DNA of 63,772 bases, filler included, from Octopus bimaculoides (Eukaryota): NCBI RefSeq assembly GCF_001194135.2. It is 5 parts of 5 records of this genome, joined end to end, with 100 filler letters (N's around TTAATTAATTAA, not from the genome) between each part and the next. Parts side by side here need not be neighbours in the genome. Positions count along the whole stretch, not along the records: positions 1 to 29,759 come from NC_068986.1; positions 29,860 to 36,329 come from NC_069007.1; positions 36,430 to 60,495 come from NC_068984.1; 2 more parts are not named here. One strand, written 5' to 3'. The notes below the pieces were generated by a model that worked only from the letters and a program-made list of their open reading frames with translations, did not search any database and had not been told where the DNA came from. Position 1 is the first letter of the stretch. The number at the start of each line of letters is the position of its first letter. Of the stretch, positions 25,361-36,999 are shown one piece after another. Made by a program: the position numbers and the translations under genes.

Positions 25361-26091
25361 GTAAGTTTTGTTTAAGATGTGTTGTCTCAGCATGCAGTAC
25401 GCGTTAATACATGATGATAGATGCATTCCTCCTCAACAACCTCATGAAACATATATAGTTTATATTCGCAGTGTTACCTTTGCAGACTACAAAAAAGTCT
25501 AATAGATACCTTTCCCTCGATTGCGGATGAAACCAACTGAAACTTCACTTTTCAGAAACCTGAAAAAGTAATTTATTACAGCCAGACCATATATGATGCA
25601 CTGTTGAAGTAAATGCTGCCCACTGGCCTTTTCAGAAATGACCTAAAAGACGTTCACCTTTTGAGATATCTTCTCACTCACTCATTAAAATCGCTGAGGC
25701 AACTAATCTGATATGATATTAAGGGGTCTCTGTGATGAATTATAGAAATCTTCGATTTTAACCCGACCGTTTGCTATTGCATCAGCATAAACACTAAAAA
25801 CAGTTAAACTTGGATTTCAAATCAAAACTAAAACTCACATTAGCAGTCTGATATAGCAACTTGAAGGGACACCAGTTTGCTGACAAAATTATTCACGATA
25901 GCTAATCCAACACCAGCTTAGCTGGTGCAACATCCTCCTTGCTAACCGACAGAAGCTGTAGTTTTGCTCATGTAACTTATCCTATCCTCCCAGTCACTTT
26001 TGTATCAGTGCTCTGATATCTATGATATAGTACATTACTTCCTTATCAACTATCGCAGTTCTTCGTTTTTGGCTCCCCATACGACAGTGCT

Positions 26092-26871
26092 TATTCTCGT
26101 CTTAATATCTTCGTCGGTGCCGCCTGAGAACGTTATCTTACTACCTAAATGCGTAAACTCGGCTACATACTCTAGTTCACCGGTTTCTAGTTTAATACGT
26201 TCGCTGTTTTCTTCATTAACGCGCATAATTTTTGATTTGTCGCGGTTGACTTTCAATCCTAGTTTGGCAGCTATTGCTTCTAATTTTGACGTTTTATTTT
26301 CCATTTGGATATATATTAAGATATTAAGACGAGAATAAGTAAGGCAAGGGCCACTTTTCACCTGTTAAAAAAAGTATGGAGCGCAAGTGTAACTTCAATA
26401 AAGAACAAAATAAGAATTTTTAACACTAACGTAAGAGCGGTGTTATTGTATGGGGCCGAGACATAGCGAACAACAGTTAAGTCAAATAAGCAAATGCAAT
26501 CATTCATCAACAGGTCCTTGCGTAGTATACTTAAAATCAGATGGCCCGAACACATAAGCAATATGGAGCTATGGCAAAGAACGAATCAAGTTTCGATTAG
26601 GGAGCAAATATTTAAGAAAAAGTGGAAGTGGATTGGTAGCACAATTAGAAAAGACACACCAAATGTAGCGAAAAGTGCTTTACAGTGGAATCCGGATGGA
26701 TATAGAAAGAGGGGTAGGCCTAAGAACTCGTAGCGTAGATCAACACAAAAGGAACTAGAGAAAGGGGGACATTCATGGCTGAGTATAAGTACAGAAGCGA
26801 AAAATTATGCGACGTGGAATTCAATTATAAGTGGCCTATACTCCGCGTTGGAGGGTTAAAGGCAAGAAAGA
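26092..26871 (+). mobile_element. RTE LINE with inverted 5' segment and 13-bp TSD
   Basis: Minus 26310-26092 reads ...YVAEFTHLGS...DEDIKTRIS; plus 26316-26850 reads DIKTRISKARATF...LLYGAET...RGRPK; ATACGACAGTGCT at 26079-26091 and 26872-26884. Confidence 0.9.
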
Positions 26872-27559
26872 ATACGACAGTGCTAACGTTGAAAAATACA
26901 ACCCATGGTTATAGTAACACAACAAAACATAACTAAGATGCTGTTTTCGTTAATTACAATAACAAAAGCTATTCTGACCATCCCGGGACTATCAATCTGA
27001 CACATCTTTCATTAAGAAGACACAACCAAGTCGATTTAAAAGAAAGAAAATTCTTGCTATTGACGTTATAGTACGTCACTAAGAAATGAACAATGTCAAT
27101 CATCTGTGAAGATAGAGTAATCACCACACAGACTTTAATGTGTTAATCACGATAATCCGCACTATACCATCGGATTCATTTTGTAATACAACCAAGTTTC
27201 CCAGTTTTGTCATTGAGAGAGACGATTGCATCTATACTTACTTTAAGTACTGTCTATTGTTCTTATATCGTATTGATATAATGTTAAATGTTATATTGCT
27301 CCAGCAATGCTATAAAATACCGTTGTCTTTAAGTGTTTATTTGTCACTGGTGTTGCGTAATTTATAGCTTCGGGTTTTGGTAGACGTGTGAAAAGAACCA
27401 ATTATTGACGGGGTAGTAATGAGATTTGACAATATTTATAATATTAAAAAATTGAAACGTTTACACCGATGATTTAGTTCTACAGATGCAATGCTTAGAC
27501 ACATCGTTAGCGTTGTATAATGGAATCACTGGGTGTTTTGTGTCTTATAACATACTACA

Positions 27560-27890
27560 TCACGCAGGCGATCCGACCTAGGTTAATCAAGTCTCTGCCT
27601 ATGTCTACCATGTGGCATTCTGCTGACATCGACGACCATCTCATTTCAATCAGAGCCATCGAGACGCTTTCGAAGAAGCCTCTACGCTGTTCTTTATGGA
27701 TTTTCTTCCGCTCATTTCTGTTATGCTCTGGTCTCCACAAGCTATGCTCAGGGAACAACTTGTGAACCTTCGACTGCCAACCTTCTGTGATAGACAGCTG
27801 GTTTTATACCAATTCTTGTGACAATCTTCGATCAACTCCTGCAACTTAAACTTATCCCGTTTCGTATTTATAACGAAGCATGTCACACCC
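27560..27890 (-). mobile_element. RLE-type (HERO-like) non-LTR retrotransposon 3' end
   Basis: KRDKFKLQELIEDC...KVGSRRF...SKASRWL resembles the KY-EL...EVGCRGF...AEKASRWLW motif. Confidence 0.65.
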
Positions 27891-27955
27891 GTAACAATTT
27901 ATGTTTGAACCCAAATCCTATAATGTCAGATTGTTTTTCTTCGCTTCATACGTAG

Positions 27956-28161
27956 ACGCCGAGCCCCAAGTTGCTGCTGCAGCTGTCATTGAAGGAGCAA
28001 GCACCGTTCTGGATATCATTTCTAAAGGTAGAGAATTTTTCAAGAATGTGCGGACAACAGATTTCATGAAAACCAAAGTAATTCCCTATCACTGTGACTT
28101 AGCTCCAAGTCTTGGAAAACTGAATGTAGAAGAGTTTAAAAAAATGGATAGACGTTTACAG
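27956..28161 (+). CDS. Gene B exon, paralog of 1379-1581: (D)AEPQVAAAAVIEGASTVLDIISKGREFFKNVRTTDFMKTKVIPYHCDLAPSLGKLNVEEFKKMDRRLQ
   Basis: Acceptor tttttcttcgcttcatacgtAG, donor TTACAG|GTAAAA at the same position as in gene A; conserved C-x-LA and FKxMDRxLQ. Downstream exons not found before the scaffold ends. Confidence 0.82.
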
Positions 28162-29759
28162 GTAAAAAAAAATTCGTCTTATCTGCTACACTTTACATTT
28201 TCTAAATTGTTATTTTTAGCTGGAAAATAATTCACATTTCTATCAAGTAGCAGGTCACATTATGATAGTCAAATGAAAGAAGTACACCGTGATTTTGTTA
28301 TAATATTTGATTTAACATCATGACCAGGAAAATAGCTCTTACTCTTCTATACTTAAAATACGCACGGATGAGTGAGGCTATACTGAAATTTACTGATCTA
28401 CATTGAAGCCATTTATATACTGACATATGGATGATTTTACATCATATATATATATATANNNNNNNNNNNNNNNNNNNNNNNNNNNNNNNNNNNNNNNNNN
28501 NNNNNNNNNNNNNNNNNNNNNNNNNNNNNNNNNNNNNNNNNNNNNNNNNNNNNNNNNNNNNNNNNNNNNNNNNNNNNNNNNNNNNNNNNNNNNNNNNNNN
28601 NNNNNNNNNNNNNNNNNNNNNNNNNNNNNNNNNNNNNNNNNNNNNNNNNNNNNNNNNNNNNNNNNNNNNNNNNNNNNNNNNNNNNNNNNNNNNNNNNNNN
28701 NNNNNNNNNNNNNNNNNNNNNNNNNNNNNNNNNNNNNNNNNNNNTTTTCTTCCCTGAGCGTCCTGTTAATACTTTGCATGTACCATGTCCATGTGTTGTT
28801 CTATTTTTCTTGTGTTTTTTCTTCTTTTTTTTTTGGCGGAGGGGATTAATTATGTATATGTATATATATATCTTAAGTAGAAATTCTGAATTTAAACTTC
28901 GTAGAGTAAAGTCTCCAAGGTGAGTAAAGAACCAAAATGATGCTTAAATTTCTCTTAAATTTGATGCTTCACAATATTTTGTTTTTTCATTGTGACTCAT
29001 ATGAGGCACCGATTCTCAGGTTGCGCAATTACCAGTGTTTTTTGTTGTGACCACATCATTCGATGTATAATCAATCAGATCATAGGGAGATTCCAACCGC
29101 TTCCGTTCATTATTATTATTATCATCACTGATATTATTATTTTCATTTTTTTACTATTTGTCATTGTGAATATTTCCTCTGATCCGACATAAGTTTTGGC
29201 TAAATTATCATTATTATTATTATCACTATTATTACCATCATTATTATTATTTCTATTCATTATTAATAGACATTATTAAATGTTGTTTAGTTTCAACTTT
29301 TGTCTTGTACTTGAGATAATCATAAATATGTGAGGGTTTAAGGAAATAAGAGGACCAAGAGAAACAGCTTGAAGAATAGACTAAATTCCACAGGTCTGTA
29401 AATAGATTCGGCGGATGGTGGGAGACAAGACATGCCTGTTTACTACTACTAGCGATCAATGAGAGCGCTGACCTTGGCCTTGAAAAGAACCAACTCACCT
29501 TGTTCTATTTTTAATTACTGGTAGAAAGAATAATTGTAACCTCGTGGATATTGGTTGCGATTTTTTCTTCCTCCGTTTTTCCCTTCTTTGGACTTTCTTT
29601 GTTTCCGACGAAGAGATCCGCTCGAAACGTCATATTCTCTTTCTTTCCTTTCTCGAGCGTCTAGTAACACAATCTGTATCACGTCCTCACGTTGTTGTTT
29701 TTTGTTGTTGTTATTTGTCTTTTTCCTTTTTTTGAACTTATATATATATACTGATGTTC

Positions 29760-29859
29760 NNNNNNNNNNNNNNNNNNNNNNNNNNNNNNNNNNNNNNNNN
29801 NNNTTAATTAATTAANNNNNNNNNNNNNNNNNNNNNNNNNNNNNNNNNNNNNNNNNNNN
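29760..29859. other. Artificial scaffold spacer N44-TTAATTAATTAA-N44
   Basis: Six-frame stop linker at 29804-29815; exactly 100 bp. Confidence 0.95.
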
Positions 29860-29893
<34 letters not shown>

Positions 29894-30346
29894 GAGTTTT
29901 GACAGACATTTATGTAGATATAAAAGACGGGAACGTGCAAAGGTGTTTATTGTTGTAGCGATCATCGGTTTTTCCAGTGAAGCTAAGATTATAAAGGTTG
30001 ACATGTTTAGCGTTTATGAGACAATGAGCGTCGTTATTCAATGTGTTTAACAAATGAACCAATCGACCCTGTACAATCATTAATATGCATAGAAACGTAT
30101 CTATATACGCATGCGTGTGCGTATTTGTGTATGTATAGGTATAGATATATACGTGTATATATGCGTACTTAAATCTATATGACATGTTCATATATACGAA
30201 CACATATACATATATGTATACACACAAACACACATATACACACATGTATGTATACATCTGTATTTGTGTATCCGTATGCATGCTTAGTTCTTTAGGTATG
30301 AATATGTATGTGAGTATGTATGTTTATGAGTATGTGTATGTGTGTC

Positions 30347-30382
<36 letters not shown>

Positions 30383-32314
30383 NNNNNNNNNNNNNNNNNN
30401 NNNNNNNNNNNNNNNNNNNNNNNNNNNNNNNNNNNNNNNNNNNNNNNNNNNNNNNNNNNNNNNNNNNNNNNNNNNNNNNNNNCGGTTGTCAATTGGGCAC
30501 TGGTTACCTACAGAAATGAAAGACAAAAGCATTTTTGTGCCAAACGGAGAAGTATTTAGGTCGTCATTAGATTACTCATCTTACCTTTAATAGGAAAGAT
30601 GTGTTCGTCCTTGAAATCCTCCATAAATTATACTTGGAGACAAAAATTCAAGATGGGTGGTTGTGGATGGAAGATCTGGTTAATCAAGGTTTACATTAGA
30701 CAACAACACCAACAGCAAAAGACCCCTTTTTGGGTCTAGGGTGGATCTAATCGATTGGCCGCCTTCCCCACCAAATTTCAGGTCTTGTGCCTATAGTAGA
30801 AAGGGTTATTACATATACAAGGACTTACGGGATCGAACTGCGAGATACTTTAAGGTCTTTTACTAAATCACCTCTCATCGACTCAATATCCTGTTTTTGT
30901 GTTTGGGTATATATATACATACATACATACATACATGCATATATACATACATACATACATANNNNNNNNNNNNNNNNNNNNNNNNNNNNNNNNNNNNNNN
31001 NNNNNNNNNNNNNNNNNNNNNNNNNNNNNNNNNNNNNNNNNNNNNNNNNNNNNNNNNNNNNNNNNNNNNNNNNNNNNNNNNNNNNNNNNNNNNNNNNNNN
31101 NNNNNNNNNNNNNNNNNNNNNNNNNNNNNNNNNNNNNNNNNNNNNNNNNNNNNNNNNNNNNNNNNNNNNNNNNNNNNNNNNNNNNNNNNNNNNNNNNNNN
31201 NNNNNNNNNNNNNNNNNNNNNNNNNNNNNNNNNNNNNNNNNNNNNNNNNNNNNNNNNNNNNNNNNNNNNNNNNNNNNNNNNNNNNNNNNNNNNNNNNNNN
31301 NNNNNNNNNNNNNNNNNNNNNNNNNNNNNNNNNNNNNNNNNNNNNNNNNNNNNNNNNNNNNNNNNNNNNNNNNNNNNNNNNNNNNNNNNNNNNNNNNNNN
31401 NNNNNNNNNNNNNNNNNNNNNNNNNNNNNNNNNNNNNNNNNNNNNNNNNNNNNNNNNNNNNNNNNNNNNNNNNNNNNNNNNNNNNNNNNNNNNNNNNNNN
31501 NNNNNNNNNNNNNNNNNNNNNNNNNNNNNNNNNNNNNNNNNNNNNNNNNNNNNNNNNNNNNNNNNNNNNNNNNNNNNNNNNNNNNNNNNNNNNNNNNNNN
31601 NNNNNNNNNNNNNNNNNNNNNNNNNNNNNNNNNNNNNNNNNNNNNNNNNNNNNNNNNNNNNNNNNNNNNNNNNNNNNNNNNNNNNNNNNNNNNNNNNNNN
31701 NNNNNNNNNNNNNNNNNNNNNNNNNNNNNNNNNNNNNNNNNNNNNNNNNNNNNNNNNNNNNNNNNNNNNNNNNNNNNNNNNNNNNNNNNNNNNNNNNNNN
31801 NNNNNNNNNNNNNNNNNNNNNNNNNNNNNNNNNNNNNNNNNNNNNNNNNNNNNNNNNNNNNNNNNNNNNNNNNNNNNNNNNNNNNNNNNNNNNNNNNNNN
31901 NNNNNNNNNNNNNNNNNNNNNNNNNNNNNNNNNNNNNNNNNATATATATACATACATACACACAATGGCATTAGGAATGGCATCTAGCTGTAGAAAGCAT
32001 GCCAAATCAGATTGGAACCTGGTGCAACTCTCCAGCTTGCCATTTCAGGCCAACATAGAAAGCAGACACTAACTAATGATGATGACTATGATAATGCACA
32101 CACACACACACACACACACACAGACATATATGTATATACATACAAATGTTCTGAAAAAAGTTATCAATTTAAAATTGCTCTTTTTTGTCTTTTATTAATA
32201 AAAAATCTTATAAATTATGTTTATTATATTAAAATGTAAACATCAATAAAAAATGCTTTCTCTGAAAAAAATCTTTTTTTAATATAAAAAAAAATTCCTA
32301 AATTATTATTATTG

Positions 32315-33107
32315 TTATTTTCCCTGAGCTTTCATTATTAAATGATTTGTGATTCCTAATGAACCCCCAATAGCAAAACGTACAAAATTATCGCCCATCA
32401 ATGGTCCCATGGCATACATTCCAGGCTCTTTGATTGCTTCATAAGAAAAAGGGTCCACTTGGATGGGATTATGTTTACTGTCAATAGATTGGTTTACAAT
32501 GGTGCCTAGATATTTCCCTTCTTGTGGCAGGAATGCTAAGTTAGGTTTAGCACCAATCAATACAACAGCTAAGGAGGTATTCAGGGTACTAATGTTGTAG
32601 CTGTTTTTAAGACACTTTATCAGGACTTTGTTATCTTTCTGCAGTTCTTCAACCTGGTGCCTGGAATATGGTTTATAAAGGTCATTCACTTCTTTACCTT
32701 TCATAAGAGAGTATACTCTGTGATATTCATGGTACATGCTTAGAGGTAACTTTTTGAAAACCAGAGATGAATCATTTGGACTGACACGAAATACATGAGC
32801 AACAGAGATATTGTTTTCGAGAGCCATCAAAATAGCATCAGCAGCAGACAGGCCAGCACCAACAACAACAACAGGATCAGAATCACTTGCAATCTCTTTT
32901 TTGGTAATCATTTGTTCAAAAGGTTTAAGAGAGTGTACCACATAAGGCAGATTTTCCCCGGTGGTGCCTAATCGGTTAGGTAGGTCCGTCGTACCTGTGG
33001 CTAAAACTACTGAGTTGCTTTGGAAACAAAAGTCCTCGTGTGGTAAAGGTTCTTGGCTATCACCTCGTTTTGCATTCACTTTATGTCCACGTACTTCCCA
33101 TAAGAAT
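32315..33107 (-). CDS. OSGIN: Oxidative stress-induced growth inhibitor (OSGIN1/2, OKL38) family flavoprotein, C-terminal part; 5' end lost in N gap
   Basis: VVLATG, VVVVGAGLSAADA (Rossmann GxGxxA), FKKLPLSMYHEYHRVYSLM, VLIGAKPNL, HNPIQVDPFSYE and YAMGPLMGDNFVRF match motifs I recognise from OSGIN; cannot choose between the vertebrate paralog names. Confidence 0.9.
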
Positions 33108-33612
33108 NNNNNNNNNNNNNNNNNNNNNNNNNNNNNNNNNNNNNNNNNNNNNNNNNNNNNNNNNNNNNNNNNNNNNNNNNNNNNNNNNNNNNNNNNNNNN
33201 NNNNNNNNNNNNNNNNNNNNNNNNNNNNNNNNNNNNNNNNNNNNNNNNNNNNNNNNNNNNNNNNNNNNNNNNNNNNNNNNNNNNNNNNNNNNNNNNNNNN
33301 NNNNNNNNNNNNNNNNNNNNNNNNNNNNNNNNNNNNNNNNNNNNNNNNNNNNNNNNNNNNNNNNNNNNNNNNNNNNNNNNNNNNNNNNNNNNNNNNNNNN
33401 NNNNNNNNNNNNNNNNNNNNNNNNNNNNNNNNNNNNNNNNNNNNNNNNNNNNNNNNNNNNNNNNNNNNNNNNNNNNNNNNNNNNNNNNNNNNNNNNNNNN
33501 NNNNNNNNNNNNNNNNNNNNNNNNNNNNNNNNNNNNNNNNNNNNNNNNNNNNNNNNNNNNNNNNNNNNNNNNNNNNNNNNNNNNNNACACACACACACAC
33601 ACACACACACAC

Positions 33613-33915
33613 ATTGTAGTATTCCAGATAGGATTTTTTCTTTCCAAATAAACACACGTACTTATATATTCGTTCTTCGCTTGTTTATTCCTGTTCTTTA
33701 TTACTGTGCTCTTGTTTCGCTTATTCCATTCCAAGCGGAGCAAGAGCACACACGAAGACAGCAAGTGTCGCTGAAGAGGTCACAGATGTGTGACGAAAGA
33801 TTTGCAGACAATGGACAGGAGTTAGAATAAGAAGAGTAATGGACGAGTGAAGAAAAAAATGACCATCCCAAAATACAATATCTGTTTCAATACACGGTTC
33901 CACACTAGGAATCAT
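33613..33915. mobile_element. Second foldback copy of the same family (left arm internally deleted)
   Basis: gctcttgtttcgctt / aagcggagcaagagc inverted centre; CTGAAGAGGTCACAGATGTGTGACGAAA at 33771. Confidence 0.75.
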
Positions 33916-34126
33916 GCAATATAAATTAATAAACGTATAGATAGCTATACTCTTTGTGTCTAACTATCGTTCAATTTCATAAAAAGACTTAAATCCTCAC
34001 TCACACAGGTAAGGTATTCACATAGATGCATATGTGTCTGTTTGCGTATGCATGCATGCATGTGTGCATGTGTTTGCGTATGTACATTTGCGTATACGTG
34101 TGTATATGTGCAAATCTTGTACTTAC

Positions 34127-34354
34127 CCTCCATATTCCACCAGTTGTTGCTGCGATAGACTTTGTCTGGGCCTCTGCTAACCGTCTCAGGAAATAATAAT
34201 CTTTTGCCAGAATACATTTCTCTCTGATTCTTCTTATGGTTGCATCGATGGTATCATCGCTAGTCTCACCAGGTTTCAGGGTCAAATCTACGGCATAGAC
34301 GTGTCTGGCAATGCCAAGAAAAATGCCCACAAACAGAAGATATTTGATGGACAT
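34127..34354 (-). CDS. First coding exon of a secreted protein, possibly an invertebrate lysozyme-fold family: MSIKYLLFVGIFLGIARHVYAVDLTLKPGETSDDTIDATIRRIREKCILAKDYYFLRRLAEAQTKSIAATTGGIWR
   Basis: ATG in ACA-ATG context, clear signal peptide (cleavage near VYA/VD), 76 codons, donor AGG|GTAAGT. Family assignment rests on recalled FLRR-A...GGIW motifs and is unverified. Confidence 0.75.
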
Positions 34355-35789
34355 TGTTGGAAAGATTTTCGCCTCTTCTCAAACGATAAAATTCAGANNN
34401 NNNNNNNNNNNNNNNNNNNNNNNNNNNNNNNNNNNNNNNNNNNNNNNNNNNNNNNNNNNNNNNNNNNNNNNNNNNNNNNNNNNNNNNNNNNNNNNNNNNN
34501 NNNNNNNNNNNNNNNNNNNNNNNNNNNNNNNNNNNNNNNNNNNNNNNNNNNNNNNNNNNNNNNNNNNNNNNNNNNNNNNNNNNNNNNNNNNNNNNNNNNN
34601 NNNNNNNNNNNNNNNNNNNNNNNNNNNNNNNNNNNNNNNNNNNNNNNNNNNNNNNNNNNNNNNNNNNNNNNNNNNNNNNNNNNNNNNNNNNNNNNNNNNN
34701 NNNNNNNNNNNNNNNNNNNNNNNNNNNNNNNNNNNNNNNNNNNNNNNNNNNNNNNNNNNNNNNNNNNNNNNNNNNNNNNNNNNNNNNNNNNNNNNNNNNN
34801 NNNNNNNNNNNNNNNNNNNNNNNNNNNNNNNNNNNNNNNNNNNNNNNNNNNNNNNNNNNNNNNNNNNNNNNNNNNNNNNNNNNNNNNNNNNNNNNNNNNN
34901 NNNNNNNNNNNNNNNNNNNNNNNNNNNNNNNNNNNNNNNNNNNNNNNNNNNNNNNNNNNNNNNNNNNNNNNNNNNNNNNNNNNNNNNNNNNNNNNNNNNN
35001 NNNNNNNNNNNNNNNNNNNNNNNNNNNNNNNNNNNNNNNNNNNNNNNNNNNNNNNNNNNNNNNNNNNNNNNNNNNNNNNNNNNNNNNNNNNNNNNNNNNN
35101 NNNNNNNNNNNNNNNNNNNNNNNNNNNNNNNNNNNNNNNNNNCAAGCGTTGGTGATTAAGTAAGAAAGCATCATCATCGACATCATTATTAGAATTAATA
35201 CAGCTTTGTACCTGTAGTACAAAGGGCTATTATAATTATTAGAAAGGCGACGAGCTGGCAGAATCGTTAGCAGGCCGGACAAAATGTTTAGTGGCATTTA
35301 TTACGGCTTTACATCCTAGGTTCCAATTCAGCCAAGATCGACGTTGCCATTCATCCTTTCTGAGGTTGAGGAAATAAGTATCAGTCATATACTGGGGTCG
35401 CTGTAATTCGGCGTCATTTCTTACCTAAATAGGAGCAGACATGGCTGTGTGCTTAAGGCGTTAGCTTTGCAACCAGACGTTATTAGGTTCAATTCCTTCT
35501 CAAGGCAAATGTCTTCTTTTATAGCCACGGGTCGATGAATGCTTTGATAGAGGATCTGGTTGATGGAAACTGTGTGGATTCCCGTCATTGATACATGCAT
35601 ATATGGTGTTAGCCTACCACTACTTTGATCTGCTTATCAAACGGTATTGGTCTGTTTACGTCCCCGTAATTGAGCAGTTCGGCAAAAGAAACCGATAGAA
35701 TAAGTATTGAGATCTGGCGTCTGTGGTGGCCAGATAAGATGTTCAACTTCACTAGAATGTTCCTCGTGCTATTCAGTTACAACTTTAGC

Positions 35790-36329
35790 TGTGTCAATTG
35801 GCATTATCATCCTGAAAGATTTCGTTTCCCTCCGGAAGCAGTTCCGCACCATAGGATGAATTTGATCAGATAAAATGCTTTAACAGTCTTGACTATTAAT
35901 TCTGCCACGAAGGGAAACCATTGGGCCGGCGCATTTCCAAGATATAGCCCCCCCAGATCATCACAGATCTTCCTCCATGGGTAACAGTTGGAAGAAGGTA
36001 CTCTGGGTCAAATGCTTCTTTTGGCTGTCTCTACACGTATACTCGGCCGGTGGTTGGAAATAAGGTAAAAGATGAATCGTCCGAGAAAATAACATTTTCC
36101 CACTGCTCTAGGGATCAATTATGTAGGCTTTTACTTCACTCAACACGCTTTGCAACATATATTTTTGAAAGTAGTGGTTTTCTGATTGCAGCCCTTCCTT
36201 TGAAATCAGGCTTTGTGCAGCACCCGGCGAGCAGTTTTTGTGGAAACTGGGTTCTCAAGGTGGTCATTAAGCTCTGCAGTAATTTTGAGAACTGTACTTT
36301 TGTGATCCTTTCTAACAATTCGCGTAAGA
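35790..36329 (-). pseudogene. Tc1 transposase pseudogene
   Basis: GRAAIRKPLL, WENVIFSDDSSF and TVTHGGRSVMIWGAIS with stops; cut by the scaffold end. Confidence 0.88.
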
Positions 36330-36429
36330 NNNNNNNNNNNNNNNNNNNNNNNNNNNNNNNNNNNNNNNNNNNNTTAATTAATTAANNNNNNNNNNNNNNN
36401 NNNNNNNNNNNNNNNNNNNNNNNNNNNNN
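36330..36429. other. Artificial scaffold spacer
   Basis: Linker at 36374-36385. Confidence 0.95.
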
Positions 36430-36669
36430 TTATGTGCAGATTTATCTGCTAAAAACGCCGCATGACGTTCAAAAGTTTCCACGATTAAGCATTAACGACT
36501 TGCTGTGTTATTTGATAAATTATTGTCATTAATTACTTTTCGAAAACTAACCATTCCCTCCACCACCACCACCACCTACTACCGTCCACCCCACCACCAC
36601 CACCATCACCATCACCATCACCATCAGCACCAGTCACCTCGGTATTTCAGCTTGCTTCTCACTTTTGTT

Positions 36670-36703
<34 letters not shown>

Positions 36704-36999
36704 TTTCTTTCTTTCTCTTGCTTTTACTATTTCTTTCACTGTTGTTTCTCTCCCTCTTCTCTGTCCACTCCTATGCTCCTCACGCATACATACGCACCAC
36801 GCACGTGCGCGTGCACATACACACACATACATACAAACGCACGCACACACTAATACATGCATACACACACACACACACACATACACACACACACTCAACA
36901 CACACACACACACACACACTCAAAAACATGCACATAAACACATACATCCAGACGTAAACTGAAGTTAAGTACCAATTGGGTGAGTCACACAGATTTGGA

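Noticed and set aside
28162-29759. Search for gene B exons matching gene A exons 5150 and 9009
   Set aside because: None found in the sequenced bases; they may lie in the 28459-28744 gap or on another scaffold.
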